A DNA stretch of 64,000 bases from contig JBIOWP010000053.1 in NCBI GenBank assembly GCA_044868695.1, positions 35,103 through 99,102 on the forward strand, read 5' to 3'. Position numbers and translations under genes: made by a program. This DNA is from a bacterium (lineage in GTDB: Bacteria > Sysuimicrobiota > Sysuimicrobiia > Sysuimicrobiales > Kaftiobacteriaceae). Under the pieces are notes generated by a model that searched no databases, was not told where the DNA came from, and saw nothing but the letters and a program-made list of their open reading frames with translations. Shown here one piece after another: positions 46,898 to 55,687 of the stretch. The stretch's first letter is position 1. Each line of letters starts with the position of its first letter.

Positions 46898-47278
46898 ATG
46901 GATGAGGCGACCGCACGGCTTCGAGCGATTCTTCAGCGTGAAGTATCCGTCCACCGGGAGCTCCTGCGCCTGGCCCGTTCGCGCCACATGCTCCTGCGGC
47001 AGGGGCGGTTCGAGGAAGCTGCCGACCTGGCGGTGCTCGAGGCCGCGTTTGTCGTCACCCTGCGGGACCTGGAAGCCAGGCGCGGCCGGCTGGCCGGACA
47101 GCTGCCCGGGGCAGACCGCGTCATCGTCCGGTCCACCCGCAAGATCGCCTCTCTTGTTCGCGGGTTGGGCGCGGTCGAACGGGCGAACCGGACGCTGTGG
47201 TCGCAGCACGTGCTTGCGCCCGCCCTGACCGTGGTGGCGACCGCGCATCGGCGGGGCGATGCCGCGAGGCTGAACTAA
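46898..47278 (+). CDS. FlgN-like helical chaperone
   Basis: L..IL..E...HRELL.LA......L......................L..LE..R ... N..L pattern; 126 aa. Confidence 0.55.
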   Translation: MDEATARLRAILQREVSVHRELLRLARSRHMLLRQGRFEEAADLAVLEAAFVVTLRDLEARRGRLAGQLPGADRVIVRSTRKIASLVRGLGAVERANRTLWSQHVLAPALTVVATAHRRGDAARLN

Positions 47279-47298
47279 GAGTCGTGGACAGCCGATAA
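47271..47298 (+). promoter_or_regulatory. Putative sigma28 (FliA/WhiG) promoter
   Basis: TGAA-N16-GCCGATAA; perfect sigma28 -10 octamer. Confidence 0.6.
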
Positions 47299-47307
47299 GG
47301 ATAGTAT

Positions 47308-47408
47308 CCCGCCGCCTCAGTGCTCTGAACGCGGGAACCGGGTGCAGGCGAACCTCAGGGGGGACGCTGCGACGCCGACCGCACGGAGCCGAGGCGGCGG
47401 GCGTTTTT
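47308..47408 (+). ncRNA. Candidate structured RNA or leader (about 94-nt rod-like hairpin plus U-tract)
   Basis: CCCGCCGCCTC/GAGGCGGCGGG, GCTCTG/CGGAGC, GCGG/CCGC and GCAG-GCG/CGC-TGC nested pairings, then CGTTTTT. Confidence 0.45.
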
Positions 47409-47483
47409 GTCCGCGTCTAATCCCCCGGACTCAGAGGCATAACTTCGCAGGACACCATTTCCAGCCCCAAGAAGAGAGCCCCG

Positions 47484-48842
47484 ATGGTAACCAACGGGAC
47501 ATCGATCCTCGTTGTCGACGACGAGGAGAATCTGCGCAACCTGTTAAGCAAGATCCTCCGCGATCAGGGGTACGCGGTTGAGACGGCCGTGGACGGGGAA
47601 GAAGGGCTGGCCAAGTACAAGGCCGGCCGCTTCGACCTGATGCTCCTGGATCTTAAACTTCCCAAACTGGATGGCATGAGCGTGTTGCGGTCGGTCATGG
47701 AGCACGATGCCGACGCGCTGGTGATCATCATCACGGCGTTCTCTACGATCGACACGGCCATTCAGGCGATCAAGCTCGGCGCCTACCATTACGTGGGCAA
47801 GCCGTTCCGTCCGGAAGAACTCATGATCGTGGTCAACCAGGCGCTTGAACGCGCCCGGCTGGTGAGGGAGAACCGCGCCCTCCAGCAGGAGCTGATGCGC
47901 ACCTTCAAGTTTGAGGGGATCGTCGGGGACTCCCCGAGGATGCGTGACGTGCTCAACCTCGCGGCCGCCGTCGCTCCCACCGACGCCACCGTCCTGATCT
48001 ACGGCGAGACGGGGACGGGGAAGGAACTGCTGGCCCGGTCCATTCACTTCCAGAGCCCGCGCGCCAACGGCCCCTTCGTCGTGGTCAACTGCGGGGCGAT
48101 TCCCGAAACACTCCTGGAGACGGAGTTGTTCGGTCACGAGAAAGGCGCGTTCACCAGTGCGGTGAGCAGCCGCGTTGGGCGGTTTGAGCGGGCGCAGGAC
48201 GGGACCATCTTCCTGGATGAGATCGGCGACATGAGCGTGGCGATGCAGGTGAAGCTCCTGCGCGTGCTTCAGGAGCGCGTCATCGAACGCGTCGGCGGCG
48301 CCAAACCGATCGACGTCAACGCGCGCGTCGTGGCCGCCACCAACAAAGACCTTAAGAAGACGATCGCCGAGGGGCAGTTTCGCGACGACCTCTACTACCG
48401 CCTGGCGGTCATGCCGATCGAGCTGCCGCCGCTCCGCGAGCGCAAGGAAGACATCCAGACCCTCGCGTACCACTTCTTGAACAAGTACGCCGTGGCGTTC
48501 GGCAAGCGTATCAAAGGCTTCACCCCGGCGGCGATGAAGAAACTCCGCAGCCACCACTGGCCCGGCAACGTGCGCGAACTCGAATACACCATCCAGCGCG
48601 TGGTGATCCTCGCCACCCGGGAGCTCATCGATACTGAGGAGATCTGGCTGGACGAACAACCGTCCCCCGGCTCAAAGTTTCCCAAGGCGTTTTCCCTGGG
48701 GGAGGTCGAGCACCGGCACATCAACGCCGTGCTCAAGATGACCGGATGGAATCTTGACGAAGCGGCGCGGGTCCTCGGCATCGACGCGGCCGCCCTCAAG
48801 GAGAAGATTCAGAAGTACAACATCACTGCAGAAACGGGATGA
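47484..48842 (+). CDS. Sigma54-dependent response regulator (NtrC/AtoC family bEBP)
   Basis: [40 protein letters not shown]-terminal Fis-like helix. Confidence 0.95.
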   Translation: MVTNGTSILVVDDEENLRNLLSKILRDQGYAVETAVDGEEGLAKYKAGRFDLMLLDLKLPKLDGMSVLRSVMEHDADALVIIITAFSTIDTAIQAIKLGAYHYVGKPFRPEELMIVVNQALERARLVRENRALQQELMRTFKFEGIVGDSPRMRDVLNLAAAVAPTDATVLIYGETGTGKELLARSIHFQSPRANGPFVVVNCGAIPETLLETELFGHEKGAFTSAVSSRVGRFERAQDGTIFLDEIGDMSVAMQVKLLRVLQERVIERVGGAKPIDVNARVVAATNKDLKKTIAEGQFRDDLYYRLAVMPIELPPLRERKEDIQTLAYHFLNKYAVAFGKRIKGFTPAAMKKLRSHHWPGNVRELEYTIQRVVILATRELIDTEEIWLDEQPSPGSKFPKAFSLGEVEHRHINAVLKMTGWNLDEAARVLGIDAAALKEKIQKYNITAETG

Positions 48843-48893
48843 CGGCGTCGTCTGGACGCCGCCGGCCCCGCCGGCATGGCCGCTGGCTAGGCG

Positions 48894-48908
48894 TGGCATG
48901 AAACTTGC
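48894..48908 (+). promoter_or_regulatory. Sigma54 -24/-12 promoter for HD-GYP/rpoN operon
   Basis: TGGCAT-GAAAC-TTGC. Confidence 0.8.
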
Positions 48909-48973
48909 TCTTGTACCGTGCACCGATTGACTGACGGGGTGCGGCGCAGCGCTGCACGGAGTGAGGTGGCAGG

Positions 48974-50446
48974 GTGCTCCCCAAAGCCAGGATCTTGATC
49001 GCCGACGACGAGGCCTCCATCCGGGACCTGTGCTCCAGGATCCTGGGTCGCATCTACGAGGTCTCGGTGGCGCCCGACGGCCCGACGGCGATCGCCATGG
49101 CCCGGACCCAGGCCCCGGACCTCCTGTTGACCGACATCCGGATGCCCGGCCTGACCGGTCTGGAGGCGGCCCGGCAGATCGTGACGGAGGCGCCCGAAGT
49201 CTCCGTCGTGGTGATGACCGGGTTCAGCGAATTCGACAGCCTGCTGGAGACGGTCAAGCTCGGCGTGAACGGGTTCCTGATGAAGCCATTCACGCCGGAC
49301 GACCTGCGCAAGACCGTCGAGGAAGGCCTCCGCAAGGGACTGTACTTCAAACGCAATACGCGCCTGCGGGCGCTGCAGCCGCTGCTGGATCTGCGCGGCA
49401 ACCGTCTGGGGGAAGCCGACCAGGGCCGGGTCTTTGAGATCATCACCGAGACGGTGCTGCACGAGCTCAGCGCCGACACGGTGACGCTGGTGGCGCTGGA
49501 TGAGGATGGGCGTGAACTCATGGTCACGACGTCTGCCAGCGGCACGGAGGCCGGGGGCGTCACGACGACGTCACAGGTCGGCGCGGCGCGCGCATCGGTG
49601 TCATGGAAGGTGGCCCCCGAGGACTTGATGGGTGTGGACGGGATGCCGCCGGCGGCAGTCGAGGATGACGGGCGGACCCTGTCGGTGCCGCTGCAGTCGG
49701 CCGGCCACGTGGTTGGCGTCTTGACGGCGGCGCGGGAAAGCGCGTTTGCCGGCGCCGATCGCGATGTGCTCCGCGTGATCGCCGCCCAGGGCGCGATCGC
49801 CCTCGAGAACATCCGGCTGTTCAAGCGGCTGCGTCGTTCGTACTGGAACACGGTGTACGCGCTCGCGGCGACCGTGGACCTGCGCGACCATCCCACGCGC
49901 GAACACTCCAACCGGTCGGTGGACTACGCCATGGCCATCGGCACGCGCCTGGGGCTGGACGCGGACCGCCTGGAAGATCTGAAGACGGCCGCGCTGCTCC
50001 ACGACATCGGCAAGATCGGCATCGGCGACGGCGTCCTGCTCAAGCCTGGACACCTCACCTCTGAGGAATATGACTGGATGAAGACGCATACCCTCATGGG
50101 GGCGAAGATTCTCGCCATGGCAGATTTCCCAACCCGCGTCGTGGAAGCGGTCCTGTTCCACCACGAGCGATTCGATGGATCGGGCTACCCGATGGGATTG
50201 CGGGGCGACCAGATCCCGGTGGAGGCCCGCATTCTCGCCGGAGTCGATGCGCTCGAGAGCATGACCAGCACGCGGTACTACCGCGTGGCGATGCCGCTGG
50301 CGCAGGCGCTGGCAGAGTTGGAGCGGGGCCGGGGGACACAGTTCGATCCCGATGTGATCGAGGCCGTGCTGGCCGGCCTGCGGGAGGGCGACCTGCACCT
50401 GCTGACCCCCGACGGCGCGCCGGTCGGCGCGTCGGAGCCGGCGTAA
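48974..50446 (+). CDS. REC-GAF-HD-GYP cyclic-dinucleotide phosphodiesterase
   Basis: REC (TDIRMPG); EHSNR, LLHDIGK, HHERFDGSGYP. Confidence 0.92.
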   Translation: MLPKARILIADDEASIRDLCSRILGRIYEVSVAPDGPTAIAMARTQAPDLLLTDIRMPGLTGLEAARQIVTEAPEVSVVVMTGFSEFDSLLETVKLGVNGFLMKPFTPDDLRKTVEEGLRKGLYFKRNTRLRALQPLLDLRGNRLGEADQGRVFEIITETVLHELSADTVTLVALDEDGRELMVTTSASGTEAGGVTTTSQVGAARASVSWKVAPEDLMGVDGMPPAAVEDDGRTLSVPLQSAGHVVGVLTAARESAFAGADRDVLRVIAAQGAIALENIRLFKRLRRSYWNTVYALAATVDLRDHPTREHSNRSVDYAMAIGTRLGLDADRLEDLKTAALLHDIGKIGIGDGVLLKPGHLTSEEYDWMKTHTLMGAKILAMADFPTRVVEAVLFHHERFDGSGYPMGLRGDQIPVEARILAGVDALESMTSTRYYRVAMPLAQALAELERGRGTQFDPDVIEAVLAGLREGDLHLLTPDGAPVGASEPA

Positions 50447-50464
50447 CCGACAGAGGCGACGCTC

Positions 50465-51832
50465 ATGTCGACGGGACCGCACATCCAACCGAGTGTCGGC
50501 GCAAGAATCGGGCTGCACCAGCGCATGGTGCCCAAGCTCATGATGGTGAATGCGCTGCTGGTCCTGCCGCTCAACCAGCTGCTCGCCCGCATCGAGCAGG
50601 AACTCTCCGAAAATCCCGCCCTGGAGCTTGATGAGCTGCCGGCGTCCAGCGAACCCGAGTGGTCGGCCGACGAGGCGGGACAGTCGCTGGCGACCTGGAC
50701 CTCTGACGAGGAAGAGTTCGACCCATTCTCGCGCATGGCGGCCCCGGTGTCCCTCCAGGAACATTTGATGATGACGCTGCAGGCGCAGGGGCTGTCGGCC
50801 CGTGACCACGCGATCGGCGAGCGTCTGATCGGCTACATCAATGAAAACGGGTATCTGGAAGCCACGACGGCGCAGGTGGCCCAGGAGTTGAATGCCGAGG
50901 TGGAGGAAGTGGACGCGGTGCTGGGCCGGCTCCAGCGGTTTGAGCCGATCGGGGTCGGCGCCCGCAACGTGGAGGAGTGCCTGCTGCTGCAGCTGCGGGT
51001 CATGGAGTCGAATGCGGCCAACCATCTGGCGCAGCGTATCGTCGAAACGCACCTGCCCGACCTGGCGGCGCACCGCTTTGAAAAAGTGGCCAAAGACCTG
51101 GGATCCACCGTGGCCGAGGTAAAGGACGCCCATGAATTCGTCAAGGCCAACTGCTACCCGTACCCCGGGGAACGCTACCGCAGCGAGCAGGACGGGGGAC
51201 GGGTGCGGCCGGCCGAAGTCGCCCGGCCCGATGTCGTCATCCGGCGCACCGAGGACGGGTTCGCGGTCGAGCTGGTCCGGCAGGACGCGTTCTCGCTGCG
51301 CGTGAACGCGTTCTATGACGATCTCCGGCGGCAGATGCGCCGCGCCGCGTCCGGGTACTCGGACAAGTCGCGCGAGCACGTCCGGGACTACGTCAGCCGC
51401 GCCAAGCTGTTCATCGAGGCCCTGCAGCGGCGGAACTGGACGTTCGCGAACATCGTCCAGACGATCATCCGCACCCAGTGGGAGTTCATCGAGCGCGGCG
51501 AGGCCCACATGAAGCCGCTGACCAAGGCCATGATCGCCGCCGAGCTGGGCATCAGCGAATCGACGGTGAGCCGGGCGCTGGACGGGAAGTTCGCGCAGCT
51601 CCCCGCCGGGCGCGTCGTCAGCTTCGACCTCTTCTTCGACCAGTCGCTGCCGACAAAGGAGCGGATCCGCGCCATCATCGCCGCAGAAACGCAGCCGCTG
51701 ACCGATGAGCAGATCGCCCACACGCTGACGGCCGAGGGCGTCAAGATCGCGCGCCGCACCGTCACGAAGTACCGCGAGGAGATGAACATCTCCCCGTCGA
51801 CCTCGCGCGGCCCCCTGGCGGAAGCCAAGTAG
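50465..51832 (+). CDS. rpoN: RNA polymerase sigma-54 factor
   Basis: ELSENPALE, EPIGVGAR, ISESTVSRA, RpoN box ARRTVTKYRE. Confidence 0.95.
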   Translation: MSTGPHIQPSVGARIGLHQRMVPKLMMVNALLVLPLNQLLARIEQELSENPALELDELPASSEPEWSADEAGQSLATWTSDEEEFDPFSRMAAPVSLQEHLMMTLQAQGLSARDHAIGERLIGYINENGYLEATTAQVAQELNAEVEEVDAVLGRLQRFEPIGVGARNVEECLLLQLRVMESNAANHLAQRIVETHLPDLAAHRFEKVAKDLGSTVAEVKDAHEFVKANCYPYPGERYRSEQDGGRVRPAEVARPDVVIRRTEDGFAVELVRQDAFSLRVNAFYDDLRRQMRRAASGYSDKSREHVRDYVSRAKLFIEALQRRNWTFANIVQTIIRTQWEFIERGEAHMKPLTKAMIAAELGISESTVSRALDGKFAQLPAGRVVSFDLFFDQSLPTKERIRAIIAAETQPLTDEQIAHTLTAEGVKIARRTVTKYREEMNISPSTSRGPLAEAK

Positions 51833-51843
51833 CACGAAACTTC

Positions 51844-51982
51844 GGGATTAGGGATCCGGGATTAGGGATCAGTAACTACCCGCCGCGTCCCACTCCCTGG
51901 CCCTCACTCCATCGAAAACGTCCCCGTTGCTCATACGAGATTCTGGCTCGTTGCGTTTTCGGATCCCTGATCCCTGATCCCG
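51844..51982. repeat. Inverted 7-bp tandem repeats (GGGATTA/GGGATCA vs TGATCCC)
   Basis: GGGATTAGGGATCCGGGGATTAGGGATCA ... GATCCCTGATCCCTGATCCC. Confidence 0.7.
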
Positions 51983-51995
51983 TAGTTTCGGGGTG

Positions 51996-52010
51996 TGGCA
52001 CGCCAGTTGC
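51996..52010 (+). promoter_or_regulatory. Sigma54 -24/-12 promoter for GAF-GGDEF/fliA operon
   Basis: TGGCAC-GCCAG-TTGC. Confidence 0.88.
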
Positions 52011-52046
52011 TCCCATTTTGGTAGCACCGTTTGAGGAGGAAGCAGC

Positions 52047-53093
52047 ATGCCACGCCGCGCTCGACGCAGTCGGTCACACCCCGGGAACGGATCGGCCCAA
52101 ACCGGCCGGGATCCTGGGCGTCCTGCCGACCACTCCGACGTGAATGGACATCACCTCGCCCAGGAGGCGGAGGAGATGGCCCTGCGGCTCGAGTGCGCCA
52201 AGCTGGGGGACGAAGAGCTTCCCCTGGGTCTGGCGTACAAGCGCTTCCTGGATCTGGCGCATCGGATCATTCCGTTCGAGCATGGGACGCTCTATGTGAC
52301 CGACTGGACCACCGGCCGTTTGCTGCCGGTGGCCGTGCGCGGCAGCCACATCGAGCTTGCCGACCGCATCCGTTTTGCGCGCGGCTCCGGGCTGTCCGCC
52401 TGGGTGGCTCAAGAGGGCCGGGCCGTGGTGATTCCGGATCCGGCGGACACCGATGACCGCTCCCCGTTTGCCGACGAGGCGCTGCGTGCATTCCTCGCCT
52501 TTCCGTTGGTGCAGCAGGGTGTCGTCGCGGGCGTGGTGGCGCTGGCCCGCACCGCCCAGACGTTCGCCGAGGACGAGTTCGAGCGCCTGGGCCGGTTGGC
52601 GGACGCGCTGTCACAGACGCTGTCGCGGATGCGCCGCGAGGCCCGGCTGCGCGAACTGATCTACCTCGACAGCGAGACCGGACTGCGAAATCGCCACCAC
52701 TTTCTGGCGCGCCTGGAAGAGGAACTGCAGCGGGCGCAGCAGCACGCGACCGAGTTTTCCGTGGCGCTGCTGGAGCTGGACGCCGCTGCCGAGGAGCCGG
52801 CCCGCTCCGAACTGCTCCAGTCGTTCACCCAGCGGCTGGCCGACGGCATGCGGACCTGCGACATCGTGGCCAGCCTTGGGAGCGGACAGTTTGGCGTGCT
52901 GCTGGCGGGCGTGAACCGCGACAAGGCCGCGTCGATTGTCGACCGGGTGGCGCGCGTCGCGCTGGCCGACCTCACTCCAGGCTTCGGGACCACGGTGCGC
53001 CTGCGCATCGGGTTCGCGGAGAGCGCCGTGCCGCCCAGCTCACCGGATGCCCTGCTCCAGCAGGCTGCGTCAGCCCTGGCCGAGATCGCCTAG
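52047..53093 (+). CDS. GAF + degenerate GGDEF protein
   Basis: GSGLSAWVA GAF; DSETGLRNR; RTCD-IVASL-GSGQF in place of RxxD-x5-GGDEF. Confidence 0.85.
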   Translation: MPRRARRSRSHPGNGSAQTGRDPGRPADHSDVNGHHLAQEAEEMALRLECAKLGDEELPLGLAYKRFLDLAHRIIPFEHGTLYVTDWTTGRLLPVAVRGSHIELADRIRFARGSGLSAWVAQEGRAVVIPDPADTDDRSPFADEALRAFLAFPLVQQGVVAGVVALARTAQTFAEDEFERLGRLADALSQTLSRMRREARLRELIYLDSETGLRNRHHFLARLEEELQRAQQHATEFSVALLELDAAAEEPARSELLQSFTQRLADGMRTCDIVASLGSGQFGVLLAGVNRDKAASIVDRVARVALADLTPGFGTTVRLRIGFAESAVPPSSPDALLQQAASALAEIA

Positions 53094-53103
53094 AGGAGTG
53101 TCG

Positions 53104-53913
53104 ATGGCCGAGCCTCCCCACTCTCTTGCCGCGCTGTGGCAGGCGTTCAAACAACAGCGCACCCCGGCGCTGCGGGAGCATGTGGCCCTCGCCTACCTAC
53201 CGTTGGTGCGGACCCAGGCGCGCCAGATGGCCGGCCGCGTCCCGCCGTCGGTCAGAAGCGAAGACTTGGAAGGCTACGGCATGATCGGACTGCTCGAAGC
53301 CATTGACCGGTTCGACCCGGACCGGAGCATCCCGTTTGAGGTGTTTGCGCGGCTGCGCATTCGCGGCGCGATGTACGACTATCTGCGCACGCTGGACCTG
53401 CTCCCGCGTGTGGCCAGGCGCAACGTCCACCGGGTGCTGGCCGAGGTCAGCGCCCTCACCCGGCGGCTCGGCCGCAAGCCCAGCGACGATGAACTCGTGC
53501 GGGCCACCGGGCTCGAGGCGCGGGCCCTCAGCAAAGTGCTGGCGGACGCGCAAGCAGGGCTGCCGGTCTCGTTGGACGACTTCGATGACGGCAACCGGCT
53601 GCCCGACGCGCTGGTCCGCGATGCCGGAGGCGAGGTGGCCGGCGCCATCGAGCGGCAGGCACGAGACAGTGAACTGTGGCGGGCCATCGAAGTCCTCCCG
53701 GTCCGCCATAAGGTCGTCATCGGCCTGCATTACTGCGAGGGGCTGACGCTGTGGTCGATCGGCCGCGTGCTGCGTGTGACGGAATCTCGTGTCAGCCAGA
53801 TGCGGAGCGAGGCGCTGCAGATGCTGCGCACTCATCTAGCGCTGCGCACGTGGCTGGACGCCGAGGGTCAGCGCCGCTCCCGGGGCGGGCCCGACGCCAC
53901 GGTGGTGGCCTGA
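53104..53913 (+). CDS. fliA: FliA/WhiG-family sigma-28 factor
   Basis: EDLEGYGMIGLLEAIDRFDP, RIRGAMYDYLRTLD, LGRKPSD, VTESRVSQ. Confidence 0.88.
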   Translation: MAEPPHSLAALWQAFKQQRTPALREHVALAYLPLVRTQARQMAGRVPPSVRSEDLEGYGMIGLLEAIDRFDPDRSIPFEVFARLRIRGAMYDYLRTLDLLPRVARRNVHRVLAEVSALTRRLGRKPSDDELVRATGLEARALSKVLADAQAGLPVSLDDFDDGNRLPDALVRDAGGEVAGAIERQARDSELWRAIEVLPVRHKVVIGLHYCEGLTLWSIGRVLRVTESRVSQMRSEALQMLRTHLALRTWLDAEGQRRSRGGPDATVVA

Positions 53914-53952
53914 GCCCGGCTACGAGACGCCGGAATGGGGCACAACACTAGC

Positions 53953-54417
53953 ATGACCTCAGAACACCTGAAACCTGTCCTCGCTGAGCTGCGCCGCCAG
54001 GCCGCGGCGCAGGCCGCACTGCTGCTGTCTGGAGACGGCGTCGTGCTGGGGGCGGTGGGCGAGGCCCACGCCGACCTCGACGGCCTGGCCGCCTATGCGG
54101 CCAGCAGCGTGATGGTGTGCGAACGGTTGGGCGAGAGCGCGTCGTTCGGGCCCCCGGAGGCCGTTCTGGTGGTGTTCGGGAGCCGCGCGGTGGTCATGGC
54201 GCCGCTCGGTCCCGCCGTCGCCGTGCTGGTCGGCACCGCGGCCCAGATGGGCTCGCTGCGGCTGACCCTCATCCGGTATCTGGATGAGCTGGCCGCCGCC
54301 CTGAAAGGCGAGCGCCGCACCGCACCCAAAGCCGACAACGGCGCGTCCTCCGAAGGCGACGATTCTTCCTCTGACGACAGTTTCACCGGCATCCGGATCA
54401 ATCCAGGGCTCGTCTAG
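53953..54417 (+). CDS. Roadblock/LC7 (MglB-like) domain protein
   Basis: AALLLSGDGVVL...LAA...AQMGSLRL pattern. Confidence 0.75.
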   Translation: MTSEHLKPVLAELRRQAAAQAALLLSGDGVVLGAVGEAHADLDGLAAYAASSVMVCERLGESASFGPPEAVLVVFGSRAVVMAPLGPAVAVLVGTAAQMGSLRLTLIRYLDELAAALKGERRTAPKADNGASSEGDDSSSDDSFTGIRINPGLV

Positions 54418-54465
54418 TCGGGTCGTTCACGCACCCCACGTCCGTCCCGGTTCCCCCCAATGGAA

Positions 54466-54480
54466 TGGCACACAACTTGC
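54466..54480 (+). promoter_or_regulatory. Sigma54 -24/-12 promoter for pilin
   Basis: TGGCAC-ACAAC-TTGC. Confidence 0.88.
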
Positions 54481-54506
54481 TGATGTGTGTGGCAGGAGAA
54501 GCCATC

Positions 54507-54938
54507 ATGGTCCGAAACCACCGCGGGTTCACACTGATCGAGCTGCTGATCGTCGTCGCGATCATCGCGATCCTGGCGGCGATCCTGATCCCCAACTTCC
54601 TGCGGGCCCGCGCGCAGTCGCAGGTGGCATCCACCAAGGGGAACCTCAAGAACATCGCCACGGCCCTGGAGAGCTATTTCGTGGATTTTGGACGGTATCC
54701 GGCGCTTGCGACCAGTCTCCAGCCCACCTACACCCGGACGCTGCCGAGAGATCCGTGCACAGGGGCCGCGTTTGGCATGGGGGGCGGGTATCTCTATGGG
54801 CCGAGCGGAAGCCCCGCCACCGACTATGTCCTGCGCACGAACTGGTCGGCCATGGGCGCCGGCGCCGCGTGCTTTGCCACCAACGGGGACCTCAACGTCC
54901 GGTACACGCCGGGCGGCGGCCTGGAGAGCATCCCGTAG
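54507..54938 (+). CDS. Type IV pilin / pseudopilin with class III signal peptide
   Basis: HRG/FTLIELLIVVAIIAILAAILIPNF; ALESYFVDFGRYP; C-terminal Cys pair. Confidence 0.92.
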   Translation: MVRNHRGFTLIELLIVVAIIAILAAILIPNFLRARAQSQVASTKGNLKNIATALESYFVDFGRYPALATSLQPTYTRTLPRDPCTGAAFGMGGGYLYGPSGSPATDYVLRTNWSAMGAGAACFATNGDLNVRYTPGGGLESIP

Positions 54939-54965
54939 AACGTCGCCAACTCCACGCAGCTGCTA

Positions 54966-55014
54966 CCCCCGGCCCCGATCCCCGATCCCTCGACCCCGGA
55001 CCCCCGACCCCCAA
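54966..55014. repeat. 7-bp tandem repeats (CCCCGAT-like)
   Basis: CCCCGAT CCCCGAT CCCTCGA CCCCGGA CCCCCGA. Confidence 0.65.
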
Positions 55015-55094
55015 ACTTCGACGGAACTCCCATAGGGATTGCGGTAAGCCTGAGCGTGGTACTTTCGTTAGAGTTGCCGTCATAGTTGCACGGC

Positions 55095-55109
55095 TGGCAC
55101 CAAAGTTGC
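55095..55109 (+). promoter_or_regulatory. Sigma54 -24/-12 promoter for fimbrial-like operon
   Basis: TGGCAC-CAAAG-TTGC. Confidence 0.88.
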
Positions 55110-55170
55110 TGATTCTGGGGGTAGGACCCCGACACGGGGGTATCACATGATCCTCACAGGAGGCACTCAG

Positions 55171-55668
55171 ATGTTTCGACAGCGTGGCCGTATGATTCGC
55201 GGCATCCTGCTCGCGGCGCTTCTCATGGCCGTCGTCGCCGGTGCCGGTTACAGCGCCCCAGGCGGCAGCCAGACCGTCTCCGTGGCCGCCTCGGCGAAGA
55301 TCGACCTGACCGTGCCGGCGACGGCGTCCATCGCCGCGGCCGATCCGGGCGCCTGCAGCCCCGCGTCCTCGACGATCAACGTCAAGTCGAACAAGGCGTG
55401 GAACATGCAGATCCGGTCGGAGCCGCTCGGTTACCCGAACGGCAAGGCGAAGAATGGTCTCGTTGAGATGAGCAACGCCTTCCAGTACCAGGGCGGCGAC
55501 GTGCTCAGCTACACCAACATCACGGCGATCTATGCCAACCTCTACGCGCTCAACCAGGCCAAGACGGCCAGCCGTGACATCGTGGTGGGCTACCAGCAGT
55601 GCGTGACCTACCTGGATGACCCAGCGACCTACACGATCGTGGTGGAGTACCTGGGTGTGCAGCCGTAA
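55171..55668 (+). CDS. Secreted beta-rich protein, putative fimbrial subunit
   Basis: AGGAGG RBS; signal peptide; INVKSNKAW; C-terminal DDPATYTIVVEY strand; two Cys. Confidence 0.5.
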   Translation: MFRQRGRMIRGILLAALLMAVVAGAGYSAPGGSQTVSVAASAKIDLTVPATASIAAADPGACSPASSTINVKSNKAWNMQIRSEPLGYPNGKAKNGLVEMSNAFQYQGGDVLSYTNITAIYANLYALNQAKTASRDIVVGYQQCVTYLDDPATYTIVVEYLGVQP

Positions 55669-55687
55669 CAATCGTGGAGGAAGGCCG

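Noticed and set aside
47308..47408. SRP RNA, 6S RNA or a second c-di-GMP riboswitch
   Set aside because: Lacks the SRP GGAA-loop domain IV motif, is too short for 6S, and has no GNRA-capped P2 or AAAG junction
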